A stretch of DNA of 64,000 nucleotides from assembly GCF_006345805.1 (NCBI RefSeq), contig NC_043003.1:113088001-113152000 (forward strand), in the 5' to 3' direction. The position numbers and the translations under genes were made by a program. The stretch comes from Octopus sinensis. Taxonomy: Eukaryota. This document shows positions 51,363-64,000 of this stretch, piece by piece (within the stretch, counting starts at the first letter, position 1; every line of letters starts with the position of its first letter). Under the pieces are notes generated by a model. It ran no database searches, was not told the origin of the DNA, and saw only the letters and a list, made by a program, of their open reading frames with translations.

Positions 51363-53289
51363 GAGTGCTTGAGTCGGAGAAATGCAAAATTTTGTGTTAT
51401 TTTCCTATCCAAACGGATAAGAAGCCAAAAGATAACAGACCAGACCAGACAACAATAGAAAAGGAAAAACGAAGGTGCTTGCTAATTGATCCATCATGTC
51501 CCTTTGATTCCAGGATTGTGAAAAAAAAAAGGATGAAAAACAAAAAAAATACAATCCCTTGACATTTGAAATTGCAAGAATTTGGAGTATGAAAGTTGTG
51601 CTCGTAACAATTGATGCATTTGGGAACTGCAAGTAAAGATGCAGAAAAATGATTGACGGTATTTGGAATAAAATTTCTTGTAGAGCCTCTACAGAAGGTT
51701 TGCCTCTTTGGGGCAGGAAAGATTATCAGGAGGGTCTTAAGGGGTAGGGTTAGAGTATTGAAAGCTTGTGGATACCTAAGGATACCGTAGTATTTGAAGG
51801 ATCAGTATACAAGACTCTGAAAGCGCATACATTTTAAAGTATACAAATATGTCGAAATCAAAGATATTAGTGTTCATAAATAATTAATGCATTTTCATAC
51901 AAGTATTCTAACTCGTGTCAACTCCACGCAACGATTATTGCAGGGCAAACACTCGCATGTATTTCTGTGTATGTATGTATGTATGTATGTATGTATGTAT
52001 GTATGTATGTATGTATGTTTTTTGTTAGTAGCCATTATCTTCTTCGAACTAATGGTAATTACGTTATGGATGCCATTAACTGAAATATAGATAAACTATA
52101 TGGAATGCAAACAGTTTGAAATGTTTATAATTTATTAAAGAAATGCTTCTAAGTGTTCACCAACCTGTTAGAATTAGCAACCAAATCTCATTGAAATGTT
52201 ACCATACCAACTCAAAAGGAACGAATATTCTGTACAACTGAATTCTTCATGTAATTTGCCAAAAACATTATCGGTAATTGTATAAATCTACCAGATATAG
52301 AAATTAGTCTTTTTTCAAATAAATCTACTGTTTCCGGAACATCGATCTGAAAGTTATCAGTCAATACTGTTCAATCACAGAAATTCCCCATACAATCTGA
52401 AGAAACAAGCTTATTCGATAACAACGATATTCTTACACTTTTGAGATTCTTGAAACGAACAGATGGAAAGCTTACTGATTTCCAAGAAGTATGAGCTTGG
52501 TTATTTATGAAGAAGTAAAAAGTTCATCGAAAGCAATACTCCGGTGAGAAGTACAATACATTTTGAAAATGATCGAACCATTTGTAGGGATAAGTCGTTA
52601 CAAAGGATTCGTACATCATTTTAAAAACTTATCCACCTTTAATATTCACTGCACCATTTAGAAATAATTGTGACAACTTTTGGCGGATTATTCAATTTTT
52701 TGTTGTCAAAATCCCTGTAAATATTTTCAAATGCTATTATAACACCAGTACCGTTTTTGGCAGCTGAGATAAGAGAATTATTGTGAAGACATGCGGATGC
52801 TGCTGTTGTATGCTGGGATAAGCTAGCTTTCTAATGGATATATTTTCCTGATATCCTGGGATAGAATCGTTTCTTTCATGCTCTGATATCCTTGTGGATA
52901 AACGAAACCTCTGCAACAGTGTAATAACAATATAAGGAGAACAGACGGCAGTAACCACGCGTAACGTACCAACAATATTTTAAGAGCCAACACTCCAACA
53001 CGGTAACTCGAACTGTGAACTTTGAACTCCAGCTTTGAACTGTCAACATACGAACTGTGGAACTAGCGCGACGGCTTTATTCAAACCACAAGGGTTAAAT
53101 AAAGAGAGGACAATACACGTGACAAATATGTGTTGGGGACTTATTGGATGAGATTACATATACTGGATAAATACATTGAAATGTCGGATGAACATGAAAG
53201 ACTGATTGGATGCGGAATGAGTTTGATCCCACCAATCACATTCCTGTGTTGAACCGTTTATTTCGTACTTCGACCTGGTCTGAGTTATG

Positions 53290-54010
53290 GACGCCACCCT
53301 GCCTGTAACCTCGTTCCAATTCTTTTCTATCTGGAGGTCTGGACGAAACCAGACTCAAAGCATTTTCACCGGACCGTCCGACGACGTTGTTGGACGGCAT
53401 CGCCTTGCCTCTCCAGATGCCGAGCTGTCAGCCGACCGACTTATCTCGGTTAATTCTTGCTCCTGCCACCGATTCAGGATTCTTTAGGGCCTCAACTACC
53501 CTCTGTACGTCCTGGTCCCTGGATACGATGACAGTGACATCGTCCGCATACGCTGTTACTGATTTTCCATACCCTAAATCTTGGGGGTCTCCGCTCGTCG
53601 CCTCTCAGTCTTCGCAGCAGTGGCTCAAGAGCCAATACATACAGTAGAGGCGAGAGTGGACAACTTTGACGACCCGAGCATTCGATATTGAACGGCTCCG
53701 AAAAGAAAGTGTTCACTCGAACTACCGACTTAATATTGCAATATAAAGCGTTGATCCAGCAGCGGAATGTCGGGCCAAAACCAGCTGCTTCGAGGACCGC
53801 CGCCAGATACCGAGAATCTACCCTATCAAAGGCCTTGGATTGGTCTAAAGGGACCAACGACTTTCCCTTGCCATGAATCCTATCTATCCTTTCTAAGGTA
53901 TAGTGTATAAGGTGGAGATTATCGTTTATAGACCTGCTGGGGATGACGCAGGTTTGCGCCGCCCCAACGATATCATCCACGACTTTCGCCAACCTTTTTC
54001 GCTAATACCT
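53290..54010 (-). pseudogene. Tx1/L1-clade reverse transcriptase fragment
   Basis: QTCVIPSRSINDNLHLI, LDQSKAFDRVD, RQSCPLSPLLYVLALEPL, then frameshifted AYADDVTVIV and KINRDKS. Confidence 0.88.
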
Positions 54011-54396
54011 TGACCTGAATCTTCAACTCTCCCTGGCGTGCGGTTCAATAAATTATATTCATGACGAATTCTACTGTTGAGCTGTGGATCTATTATGTAA
54101 GCAACATTGCATAATCCATTAACAGTGAAACAATTGTCTAGATAGATAGATGTGCACAGATAGACATTTTCATAAGTGCCTATACATACATATATACATA
54201 CATACATACATATATATATATGTGTCTGTGTGTGTAAATGCAATGAACATTTAATGTCGAAGGTGTACGTATAGAGTTTTGTGAGGAGTATGCATGCATA
54301 TATGCATCATATGAATATACATACATGAGTATACATCCATGGTCATATATGTATATATTTATATACACATTTATATATATATATATATATATACAT

Positions 54397-54468
<72 letters not shown>

Positions 54469-55150
54469 TATTTTACGGCTTCACTTTTTTTCTGCGAGTG
54501 CTTGTGCAAGTATGTGTTTTGTGAATATAGAATAGTTTTGTAACTACCAAATCGTTTTCGGGTTCACCCAGCAATGGCAGATATATTTACAGGTTGGTTG
54601 TAGTTACGAAAATGCGTGTGTTCAAAAAGCCGCCCCCACCAACAATTATCCAGTCCTCTTATCACGATATCTTCCACACAAACCGAGTGAAATACCATCG
54701 AAAGCATGAACGGTGTTCTCCGTTTTTACATCGTAATCTTTTCTTTCTTTTTTATATCTTCTTGTATCGTTTATAATATTTTTGTGCGAAACATGAAATT
54801 CTCTTTCATTTTTCCTTCATCTAAGCGTTGTTTCGCTTTTGTTTTGAACCAACAGCCATGTAATTCCACAACACGAGGGCAGGTCACGAATTCTGCAGAA
54901 ACTTAAAAGCAGCAACTCAATAATATACATTGTATTATTTTATTGTTTCTGTTTTGCTGGTGTTTTCTTATCGGCTGCTGCTCATAGTATTCTGTTAGTT
55001 TTACCGCCATCATCCCTGATATATATATATATTATATATATATATATAAGTATATATATATATATATATAATATATATATATATATTATATATATATATA
55101 AGTATATATATATATATGTAGATATCTATATATATATATATATATATATA

Positions 55151-55208
<58 letters not shown>

Positions 55209-55644
55209 ATGTATATACATGTATATGTATGTATAAGTATATATATACATATATATACTTATATATATATACACGTATGTATATGTATATGTGCATACAT
55301 ATGTATACATGCATGTGGCTGTGTGTGTGTTTATGTATTATGCATGTTACATTTAAAAACTGCGTAGGTTAAATGTAAATTCCCATGAAATAATTTGTAC
55401 CGATGTGTGATTATTTAAACGTATCTGTCTATAAAAATTTAGTTTATTTTATTTAGTTCCCTATTTTTGTTGGTTAAGAGAAATGTTTAGAGTCTAAAAG
55501 CTACCACTTGCAAGGAAACCCACACATTAGCAATAGTAATAAGCAAAATAGCAATAATAATAATACTAACAACAACAATAACAATAATAATAATAATAAT
55601 AATATTAAATAATAATAATAATAATAGTAATAATAATAACAATG

Positions 55645-55704
<60 letters not shown>

Positions 55705-56212
55705 GATAATAATAATAATAACAACAACAGCAATAACAATAATAATAATAATAATAATAATAATAACTAGATAAAAACGGAAAGTATTACACATATATTG
55801 AAGAACGTTTATTATTTAGTCTGAAAAAATTGCGGAATCAAATTAACTTTCAAAATTTAAGTTAATTAAAATACGTGGCAAAAATTATTCGTCGTTGCAA
55901 TTCTTTCTCATGTATCGTTCGCTTATCTTTGCTCTTCTCTCTTCCCCCTCTCGTGTATCGCTCTGTCATCTTTCTTCTTCTTCTCTCTATTCATTTCCAT
56001 AAAAGGAAATATTTTCGATGGCAATACATAAAGATTCAAGTGAAATCCAATTAAGTTATCAAAGAATAAACTGTAAACTGAGACGGACAACTAAATAGCT
56101 CAGCATTAAAACTCGTGTTTGGGGCAGAGATGGGAGTCCACAACCATCTTTATTGCCTCTTTCTATTGTTTCCTTTCGTCGTTTAGTTCTTTGCTTTCAG
56201 CATTATCTTTTG

Positions 56213-56431
56213 AATGTTTGGGTTTCATTGCTCACAATTTAAACACTAACTTTATTTCTACAACTAGAATTAAGATATGTGTAATTGTTTCTTAAAAGAG
56301 TAAGTCTCTTTTTTTTTAGTCATTTCTAAAATATATCAGTAGTCAAGTTTAAGGTATGTGTTATACTGACTACTAATCGAAAAGCTTCCAGTCATAAATA
56401 TATACACTACTTTTTTGACCCTCCCAACACG
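56213..56431 (+). repeat. Local direct duplication with 58747-58963
   Basis: aatgtttgggtttcattgctcacaa...tttttgaccctcccaacacg at both sites, few substitutions. Confidence 0.92.
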
Positions 56432-56604
56432 CAAGTTTTATATATATATAAAGGATAAGCACATTATTTAGAATAATGATCATATCAAGTAGCCAACAGA
56501 AAAAATATCGTATAGGTAATAATTATGTATATATAAATGAGTAGATATTCAAATGAATATTCATATAGATATCATTAATATTATTATTATTATAATTATT
56601 ATTA

Positions 56605-56770
56605 TTCAATAGTTTTATTTTTATTTTTATAGCGTGCTTTCACTTCACTACCGAGCGCAGCTCTGTGTGCCTTGGGTATGTGCTGTGATTTGTTGTGATG
56701 CTCTGATGGTTATTGTATGGAAAGTGTTCTGCGTAGGATGTGTGCAGTGCCTAGTAGTGCAATTTTCTAT
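56605..56770 (-). mobile_element. Very short 3' end of the R4/Dong-type LINE, inside (TAA)n
   Basis: Reverse complement of ~25905-26062 (IALLGTAHILRRTLSIQ + UTR), TTA arrays on both sides. Confidence 0.88.
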
Positions 56771-56799
56771 TATTATTTATAATTTATTATTTATTTATA

Positions 56800-56875
<76 letters not shown>

Positions 56876-56877
56876 TA

Positions 56878-57416
56878 ATGAGCGAGCAGTGCATGCCAAG
56901 TGACACTGGGGTAAAATATACGAAGCCCAGTATACCCATCATGACTACCCGTCTGATAAGGGTACACCAGGCACATGCATCACAACCAAATGCGTGCGAC
57001 ATGGTGTGGTGATCTCATATCAAGATAAACAATGCATGACCTTGCAGGTGGGACCTAGTTAGAGTTTTCTTCTGGTCGAGTAGCCCATCCCTCTCAAAAG
57101 ATCCCTGAATAAGGATTGATTAAGGATGTTGAAAGAACTACCCATTTTTCCAAAGGTGAATTATTCAAACTTCCAAGAATTCCTTTGAGCACACGGTTAT
57201 GATGCTCCCTACTACTTCTACTAGAGATCAGAGATGCACATATCGTCAGCCACTAAGGAATATACTCAACTGGTTAAGGTCAAACAACTGACAAGCAAAT
57301 CTGTGGTATTGAGCAGAATATTTGCTGCAGCCCATCTTTTATACCAAGACAAAACAATGTACATGATAACACTTCCAATCAGCAAAGATCAGAAGCTATG
57401 AGAGCCACTGTCTGGT
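56878..57416 (-). mobile_element. Repeat family D, longest copy
   Basis: Reverse complement of 48943-49337 plus ~115 bp extra 5' sequence; abuts (TTA)n. Confidence 0.8.
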
Positions 57417-57644
57417 AAGCAATAATGCCGTTAAATGGCTAAACAATAAAATTTCATAATGCTCCGAGTGCTCTGCATGTCATGGAAGTAACAGCTGTAA
57501 ACTAATGAGGCTGATTACGCAATTCCTGTTTCCTTGTCATTCACGTAATTTAACATTACGAATAACACTTTACTCCCAAATTTATATGTCTTAAGTTACA
57601 CCATCAGGTTATAAGTACCACTATGCCTAAGAGAAATCTTAAAA

Positions 57645-57675
<31 letters not shown>

Positions 57676-57939
57676 ATCTATCTATAATTATGACGCGAAA
57701 TTCTCTTCTCTTTGCTTTACCTTCCCCTCTCTCTCTCTCTCTCTCACTCTTCCTCATCTCTCTCTCAGCCGCTTGTCTTCCTCTATCTCTCTCTCTCTCT
57801 CACTCCTCCTCATCTTTGTCACTGCTAGCCAAAACTACTTCCTTTTACACGCGGCTTTCAAACTGTAAAGACACACATCTGTGTTCCCATGCGCTGCTAG
57901 AATCTCCTCGTCTAAGCCAGAAAAAAAGGCCTTTTCGTT

Positions 57940-58450
57940 TGTTTTCTTGTTTGTTTTCTTGTTTATTTTTATTTCTCGTATTGTATTTTCTTTTTATTTC
58001 TCGTATTGCATTTTCTTTTTATTTCTCGTATTGTATTTTCTTGTACATATATTTTATCTTGTATTTTATTTTGTAGTTTTATTTGTATCGTTTTTACGTC
58101 CTTTTTGTTACATTTTTTTCTTGCTTGTGTTTACCCCTCTGCGAGGTAATTTTATTTTAACTCTCTCGCAGGAAGGACTAATTTGGCGAGTCGTGTCCTG
58201 TCTTGCCTTTGAAACACTCTAGAGTCGAACTAGTGACAGCTGATGATAGGTAATTTTTCCTTGTGTAGTATGTCCTGTACTCTGTTTTTCTGTTGTAAAA
58301 AAATGGTTTTTCCTTTTTCGTTTCTCGTTGAGTTCTACGTCTAGTTGTGGTGTCCTGTACTCACGTATATATATTTATATATGCATGTATATATACATGT
58401 AGATGTAGGTACGTACATATATGTTTGTATGTATGCATATATTTTATCTA
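57940..58450 (+). repeat. Interspersed repeat family F copy 2
   Basis: Colinear with 23560-24000; T-rich lead has three tttttatttctcgtattg units. Confidence 0.8.
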
Positions 58451-58454
58451 TTAC

Positions 58455-58455
58455 A

Positions 58456-58550
<95 letters not shown>
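58455..58550. repeat. (TCTA)n microsatellite
   Basis: Direct reading. Confidence 0.95.
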
Positions 58551-58551
<1 letters not shown>

Positions 58552-58593
58552 ATAAATATCTATAAAATAATATGTTACTTTACTCAATAGTCA

Positions 58594-58656
58594 AGATAAA
58601 ACTCTGAGTTTCAGATGCCGAAGTGGAAATCCACAACACCATCTCCTCGGTTATCT
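58594..58656 (-). ncRNA. Hammerhead ribozyme-like motif (type I, U4C and U17 variant)
   Basis: Minus strand agataa-CCGAGGA-gatg..gtgga-tt-tccac..catc-t-GAAA-ctcagag-TT-ttatct; perfect 6-bp stem I, quasi-palindromic stem III. Confidence 0.65.
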
Positions 58657-59329
58657 GGTGTTGTGATTTATAGATAAATTTCCTCTATTTACATAATATT
58701 GAGGTCTCTTTCTTTCTTTTGTTATCTCACCGTTTTTATCTATATAAATGTTTGGGTTTCATTGCTCACAACTTAAACACTAACTTTATTTCTACAACTA
58801 GAATTAAGATATGTGTAATTGTTTCTTAAAAGAGTAATTTTCTTTTTTTTAGTCATTTCTAAAATATATCAGTAGTCAAGTTTAAGGCATGTGTCACACT
58901 GACTACTAATCGGAAAGCTTCCTTTCATAAATATATACACTACTTTTTGACCCTCCCAACACGATCAACGTTACGCTCTCTACTCGAATAACATATATAT
59001 ATATACATGTATACATATGTATATATATACGTATGTATATATATATTTATATGTATATATACATGCATATATGTATATATATATATATATATATATTTAT
59101 AAATATACATATACATACATATATAAATATACATGTACATATATATGTATATATATGCTTATATATATAGATAGATAGCCTAATAGATAGATATATAGAT
59201 AGACAGGTAAATAGATATAGATATAGAGAGATAGAGAGATAGAGAGATAGATAGATAGATACATACATACATATACACATGTATGCATATATGTGTGCAT
59301 ATATATGTAATAAAAAGGCATAACTACTA

Positions 59330-60085
59330 TTTATCATGTCCGAGCTGCAGCAACTAAGTCTACTTGTCACACTTCTTGGTTCAACATCACTGTCTCGAAG
59401 CCTTCGGTTCCTTCTAAGCCAGTTTCTGCCATCAACGTTTTCCTCTCGTTACATCCCTACGAGGTAAGTTCCACAAGATTGTTGTGGATGCTTCTCTTTC
59501 AGGGTGAGGCACACAGCGACCAGATAGTCGCAGTCGTCTTTGCCTGGTCTCGCTAATTTTCTGCAGGTCTCCATAAAGGCAATCGTTTTGCGATATGTTG
59601 CTGCTATTTTACATTTTGAATCATTCGTAACTTCCTTGTCTAGCAGCCATCTTTTGATAATGTTTTTTCAGTCTCCATTTTTCACTGCCATATAATAGCA
59701 GTGATTCGAGAGTTACAGTGAACAGCTTGATTTTGATTCGCCTGGGCAATTGGAAGTTCCAGCCTTTCTTTAATTTGTGGCAGGCTGTCATTACATGTGC
59801 CTTACTGATCTTGATGTCTCCTTCTGAACTGCTCACCCAACTCCCTACGTACTTGGTGTTTTCAACAGCATTCGATTTGGAACATCTCAAAGCAAAGAGT
59901 TCAGTATCACTTGATTGGCTGAAAGACATGTATTCAGTTTTCTTCACATTTGTGTGCAGTCCTATTTTAGCCGCTCATGTTTCTGCTCTTATGAGCCGCT
60001 GTTGTGCTTGATCTTTTTCATCAGATATGAACGCTATATCATCTGCGACGTCCAGGTCTGCGATAGTTACTGCGACCCCCGTCAG
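59330..60085 (-). mobile_element. Decayed RTE-group LINE RT C-terminal fragment
   Basis: Minus strand LDVADDIAF, KIGLHTNVKKTEYM, KYVGSWV, IKIKLFTVTLESLLLYGSEKW, RQRRLRLSG. Confidence 0.78.
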
Positions 60086-60119
60086 TATGAAGAAATTGAA
60101 AGAACAAAATGACAAAGTT

Positions 60120-61880
60120 TACTAACTGCACCAGGGTTCAAGCCCTCATCTACAACCTGTTGTCGATGCCGGCCAAGATTTATCCGGCACTTGTGACTTT
60201 TCCACTTCAAACCCGGATGGGAGAGATGTGACTGACGGCAAAGATCAATATGTTAACCTGGTCGATTGGCGGAAGCTAAAAGACCTTTAAACACCAGAAC
60301 TATGAACGAACTCATCTATCATGGATTTTATCATGGCCTATTGCTGAGTTTGAACTCATTTCATCAGTGGCTGATATTACATCAGTTTCCTCTGTTTTGC
60401 TGTTATCAATAATTTCCGTTTCTGTAAAGAGCTGTGGTACCGAAGAAGTCATCCGACATAGCTATCCGCAAGTGTCACAACGGAGTTGTGCAAACATTCC
60501 TGTATTGCACATTCAGTATTTCTCTTATCTTTTGGGGATCTGCGCTCTGAGACCATTTTCCTCGAGCAGTGACTCTCTTATAAAATACTGAAGCAGACCC
60601 TTTTACAAAACTATAGAAGACTTCGTGGTTTGTCCTTATACTTCTGACAGCCCTAGCTCCGTTCTCTGCCATCTCCTTTTCTTGGGATTGCTTGAGTTCC
60701 TTTTCGATCTCAAGCAATGTTTGCTTGAGATAGCATGCTCTTCTATTCTTTTTGCAGCCCATTTCGGCGGTTTAAGATTTTTGATCGCTGTATCATTAGA
60801 AGAATCGTCCTATCCCTAGGAATTATGTTTTTATGTTGGTTTGACATTCTTTCTGGAGTAAACGTACTGCATATTTTATGCTGCAGTTTTATGTCATTAT
60901 CTTGCGTAGAGAGACTGGCAGACCAGTTTTGTTTCGTGACCTCTTTCTCAATTCCCTTCCAATCAGCTTTATAGAAGCTCAGGCTGGACAGGACAGGATG
61001 ATTCTTGTAGCATGCATGTCTAAAGTTTTCAACAGACTATACATTGTTAGGTCTATTAAGTTATTGTCTGAGAGAATCGTCGGTGTCACCTTCACATTAT
61101 GGATGATCGTCGCGTTATTCGTGAAGCAGAGGCTCATGACACCCCCCCCCCTTGTTGGGTGGAACACTATTTACTCTTTAAAGAGAATGTTTGCGAGGTC
61201 GAACAGCGACTCTGCTTGCCTCTCTTCATGCAGTGACATACCTGAGAGAAGGCAAACATTCCATATTAGGGAAGTTGAAGTCTCCTAAACGAAGTATGTA
61301 TGAAGGTTGTCATCAACATTGGTTAGCACTTCATCCATCTTCTTGAAGCTCTCTTCGAATGCGATCTCATGATTTGAAACATTTGGTGGGCGATATGTAG
61401 TATATATTACCATTTTCATCAGTCTAATGTCTACCACCAGTGTGTCACAGACTGAGTTTGAGTGTGACAGCCGGACTACAGGCGTAGCATCTTCCCGGAA
61501 GTATATAGCAACTCCATCTTGAGTCCTTTCTCTCATGTCACTTCAAAATACAACATACTTTGCCATGTGTATCTCAGCATCTGATATGTCAGTGTTCAGA
61601 TGTGTTCCTGTTAGCGTCATGCATATTACTTAATTACATGTAACTAAGTTTCTCAGGTGTGGGGCTTTGCGTTGGTGGGACGTTACAAAGTCCCTAATGT
61701 TCAGCAGGAATATTAGTACGACATATAAGGTGTCAGAGGTGGCCACCCTGGATGATCTTTTGTTGTTTGAAGGGGTCTTGAGTACCGGTACACGTTTCTT
61801 AAATTCAATGTCCGATGTAGCCAGGTCAACTACCTTTCAATCCTCTGTACCATTTCCAAGAAAGACTGCGAGCCAGTAAC
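60120..61880 (-). mobile_element. Old CR1-type LINE ORF2 fragment, same family as 10897
   Basis: SHSNSVCDTLVVDIR, TTYRPP, PTRGGG, IIHNVKVTPTILSDNNLI, LLEIEKELKQSQEKE parallel the 10897 element; extends further 5' (LLNIR) and has a large internal deletion. Confidence 0.88.
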
Positions 61881-64000
61881 TGGTGAGGAGTTTGGGAACT
61901 TCTATATATATGTAGGTAGGCAGATAGATAGATAGATACATACATACATACATACACACATACATACGTGCATACGTACGTACATACACTGACATAGATA
62001 CATACATATATACATACATACAAAAAGTGTGGCAAAAACGAACCGTTTTACTTAGTTAATATTAAATTCAATCAGAAAGTATATAGAGTTAGGCTAAGAT
62101 ATCACTTAGAAAACATAGACATAGATACAGAGCGTAAAAGCATTAGATACACAAATCAATCTGAAATATTTATATTTAGAAAACCAATATGAAAATATTC
62201 TAATCTTAATCTGCATGCAAGAGGAATTTTCTTTAAAGAATATGAGAACTAATCGGGAATACAATATCAAGATAATTTATTAAAATGTTGTTACTATGGA
62301 GCAGAAACCATAAAACTTAATTTGAGCCCATTCTTAAAGAATCAAAGACTTATTTTGTTGTTTTATAAGAGTCTAGGTTGAAAAAATATATCTGCTTATT
62401 GAAAAACTTAGGGGCACCAACATGGCGTAATTTAAGGACAACATTTTCGGTGCAGTTCACAAACGAAACGTGATCGTTTCTGTTTGCGGTTGGACTTAAT
62501 TCAGGAATAAACACTGAATGGCCGATGGAAATCTATAAAAAGAAAATTGCCAATCGCCAACAACGATGTTGGTGAGAAATTGAACTGAAGAGTAAAATCA
62601 AGAGAGAATATGAGACGATGGAGGAGGTGTTAGCGTGTGTGTACTTAGGGTGGACGTAGATTGGAAACCACCAGAAGCAGTGTAATAAAAGGGAAATAAT
62701 ATTTAACCCAAGAGATGTGGAATAAGAAATCACGATCAGGGTGTTGTGTTTACAATTAAGAAATTAAATATGAAGACACTTTGGGGTGCCTTTCTCCAAC
62801 ATTCTAATATACAACTTGCTATCAGTAAATGACAATATCATGGAAAATAATGAAATAAAATGAAGAATCGAATGAATTGAAACAATAAAGCACAAAAAAA
62901 AATAAATAAAAACAGAATCAAAATTCTAAATTCTATTATTAATCCTGAAATTATGAATTACTAGATGTCACCACTCCATTAACACCACCAACATTATCAT
63001 TAACACCACCAATATTATTATTACGACGACAACTACTATAACTATCACCACCACCTCCACTCCCGCACCATCCGCACTAACATCATCATCATTGCTACGC
63101 TACCATCAACTACAACAACAAGAACAACAACAGCAAATGTAAAAAATTTCATTGTTTGCACCAACATCTGAGATTCGATTATTGACAAATTTTGATTCTC
63201 TGAGAACAATGGAACAACTAGAATCTTTTCGATCAATCCTTTGTTACTGAGTCGGGACCCGAAAGGGCAAAATATTTGCTTATTTATTTATGGTTATTTT
63301 CCGATTGAAGCAAATTTTTTGAATATATTTAGAAGGAGGAGCAATGCTGTAAACACTAATTTTGGAAAATTGACTTGAAATCAAGCTCCGTGATTTATGA
63401 AAATTCTGTATTGCCGAGTAAATTCTTCACAATACTTCGCGTAAATTAACAGGGAACATTTCCCCCACTTTTGCTTTTGTTTTTATATCTTACTTTTTTT
63501 TTTAATTCTGAAAAATCTCACATATCTTCTTTTCTATTTTCCCTTTTACATTTATCTCCCGTTCTCACTCGTTTCTCTTGATCACATCTCATCTATTTTC
63601 CACTAACGTCACTCGTTGTTCCTTTTCGGCCTTCGATCCAAACCGCTTCTCTCACCCTCCTTACTCTCAAGGTTATACTTTTACCATCCTTGCAACAATT
63701 CGCACTTCCATAATTTTCTTATTTCAAATTTGATTCTTCATTCTAAAATCTACCCCCCACAAATCAGTTCGTTTTTCCTGAACCATATCAATACGCATTC
63801 ATATCTGATAATATCCTTACTTTAAAGGTTTTTATGACACCCCTGTCTTTCTGTCTCACCATATGTGTGTGTGTGTGTGCGTGTGTGTATGCATATATAC
63901 ACATATACATATACACATATATGCATATATGCATATATACATATACAAATATGTCCATTCGTGTATCTACATATATAAGATAGATACGGATATATATATA

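Larger units (their letters stand above)
49533..51800 (+). mobile_element. R4/Dong-type LINE fragment B (RT to RLE), split by nested insertions at 49980 and 50979
   Basis: WLDYKNAYGMVPHSW, NHLFMDDIKMY, QFGIEKC, KYLGI, IEAINSRA, then PIQTDKKPKDNRPD..CLLIDPSCPFD (RLE). Confidence 0.82.

Noticed and set aside
52920-53280. Possible solo LTR (gaact repeats, AATAAA on minus strand)
   Set aside because: No definable TG...CA ends with TSD and no second copy in the window.
30572-58963. Almost equal spacing of two doublets (2532 and 2534 bp)
   Set aside because: Spacers hold unrelated insertions and unstable microsatellites, so exact equality is probably coincidence; only the general 2-2.5 kb range is reported.

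Overview
AT-rich, repeat-saturated animal genomic DNA, most likely an octopus/cephalopod intron or intergenic region (inferred from the SINE, LINE and microsatellite make-up; not verifiable here). I see no host exon, rRNA, true tRNA gene or CRISPR array, and most short ORFs are translated microsatellites. The window is a nested set of mobile elements: a near-intact CR1-type LINE ORF2 (10.9-13.9 kb) plus decayed CR1, RTE, Tx1/L1 and R4/Dong-type (RLE) LINE pieces; four tRNA-headed SINE families; a full-length Tc1; a full-length Chapaev3; a mariner remnant; two Helitron pieces; an 18-bp minisatellite. Highlights: (1) at least six hammerhead-ribozyme-like motifs of the Penelope-terminal type, one with an intact core (21107-21159); (2) a two-copy repeat whose hammerhead core segments lie in a reversed order matching none of types I/II/III; (3) three 155-220 bp local direct duplications and a microhomology-flanked SINE fragment that look like templated repair insertions; (4) a SINE sharing its 3' tail with the near-intact LINE; (5) a SINE whose body multimerises. 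Boundaries of decayed elements were set by eye and are approximate.
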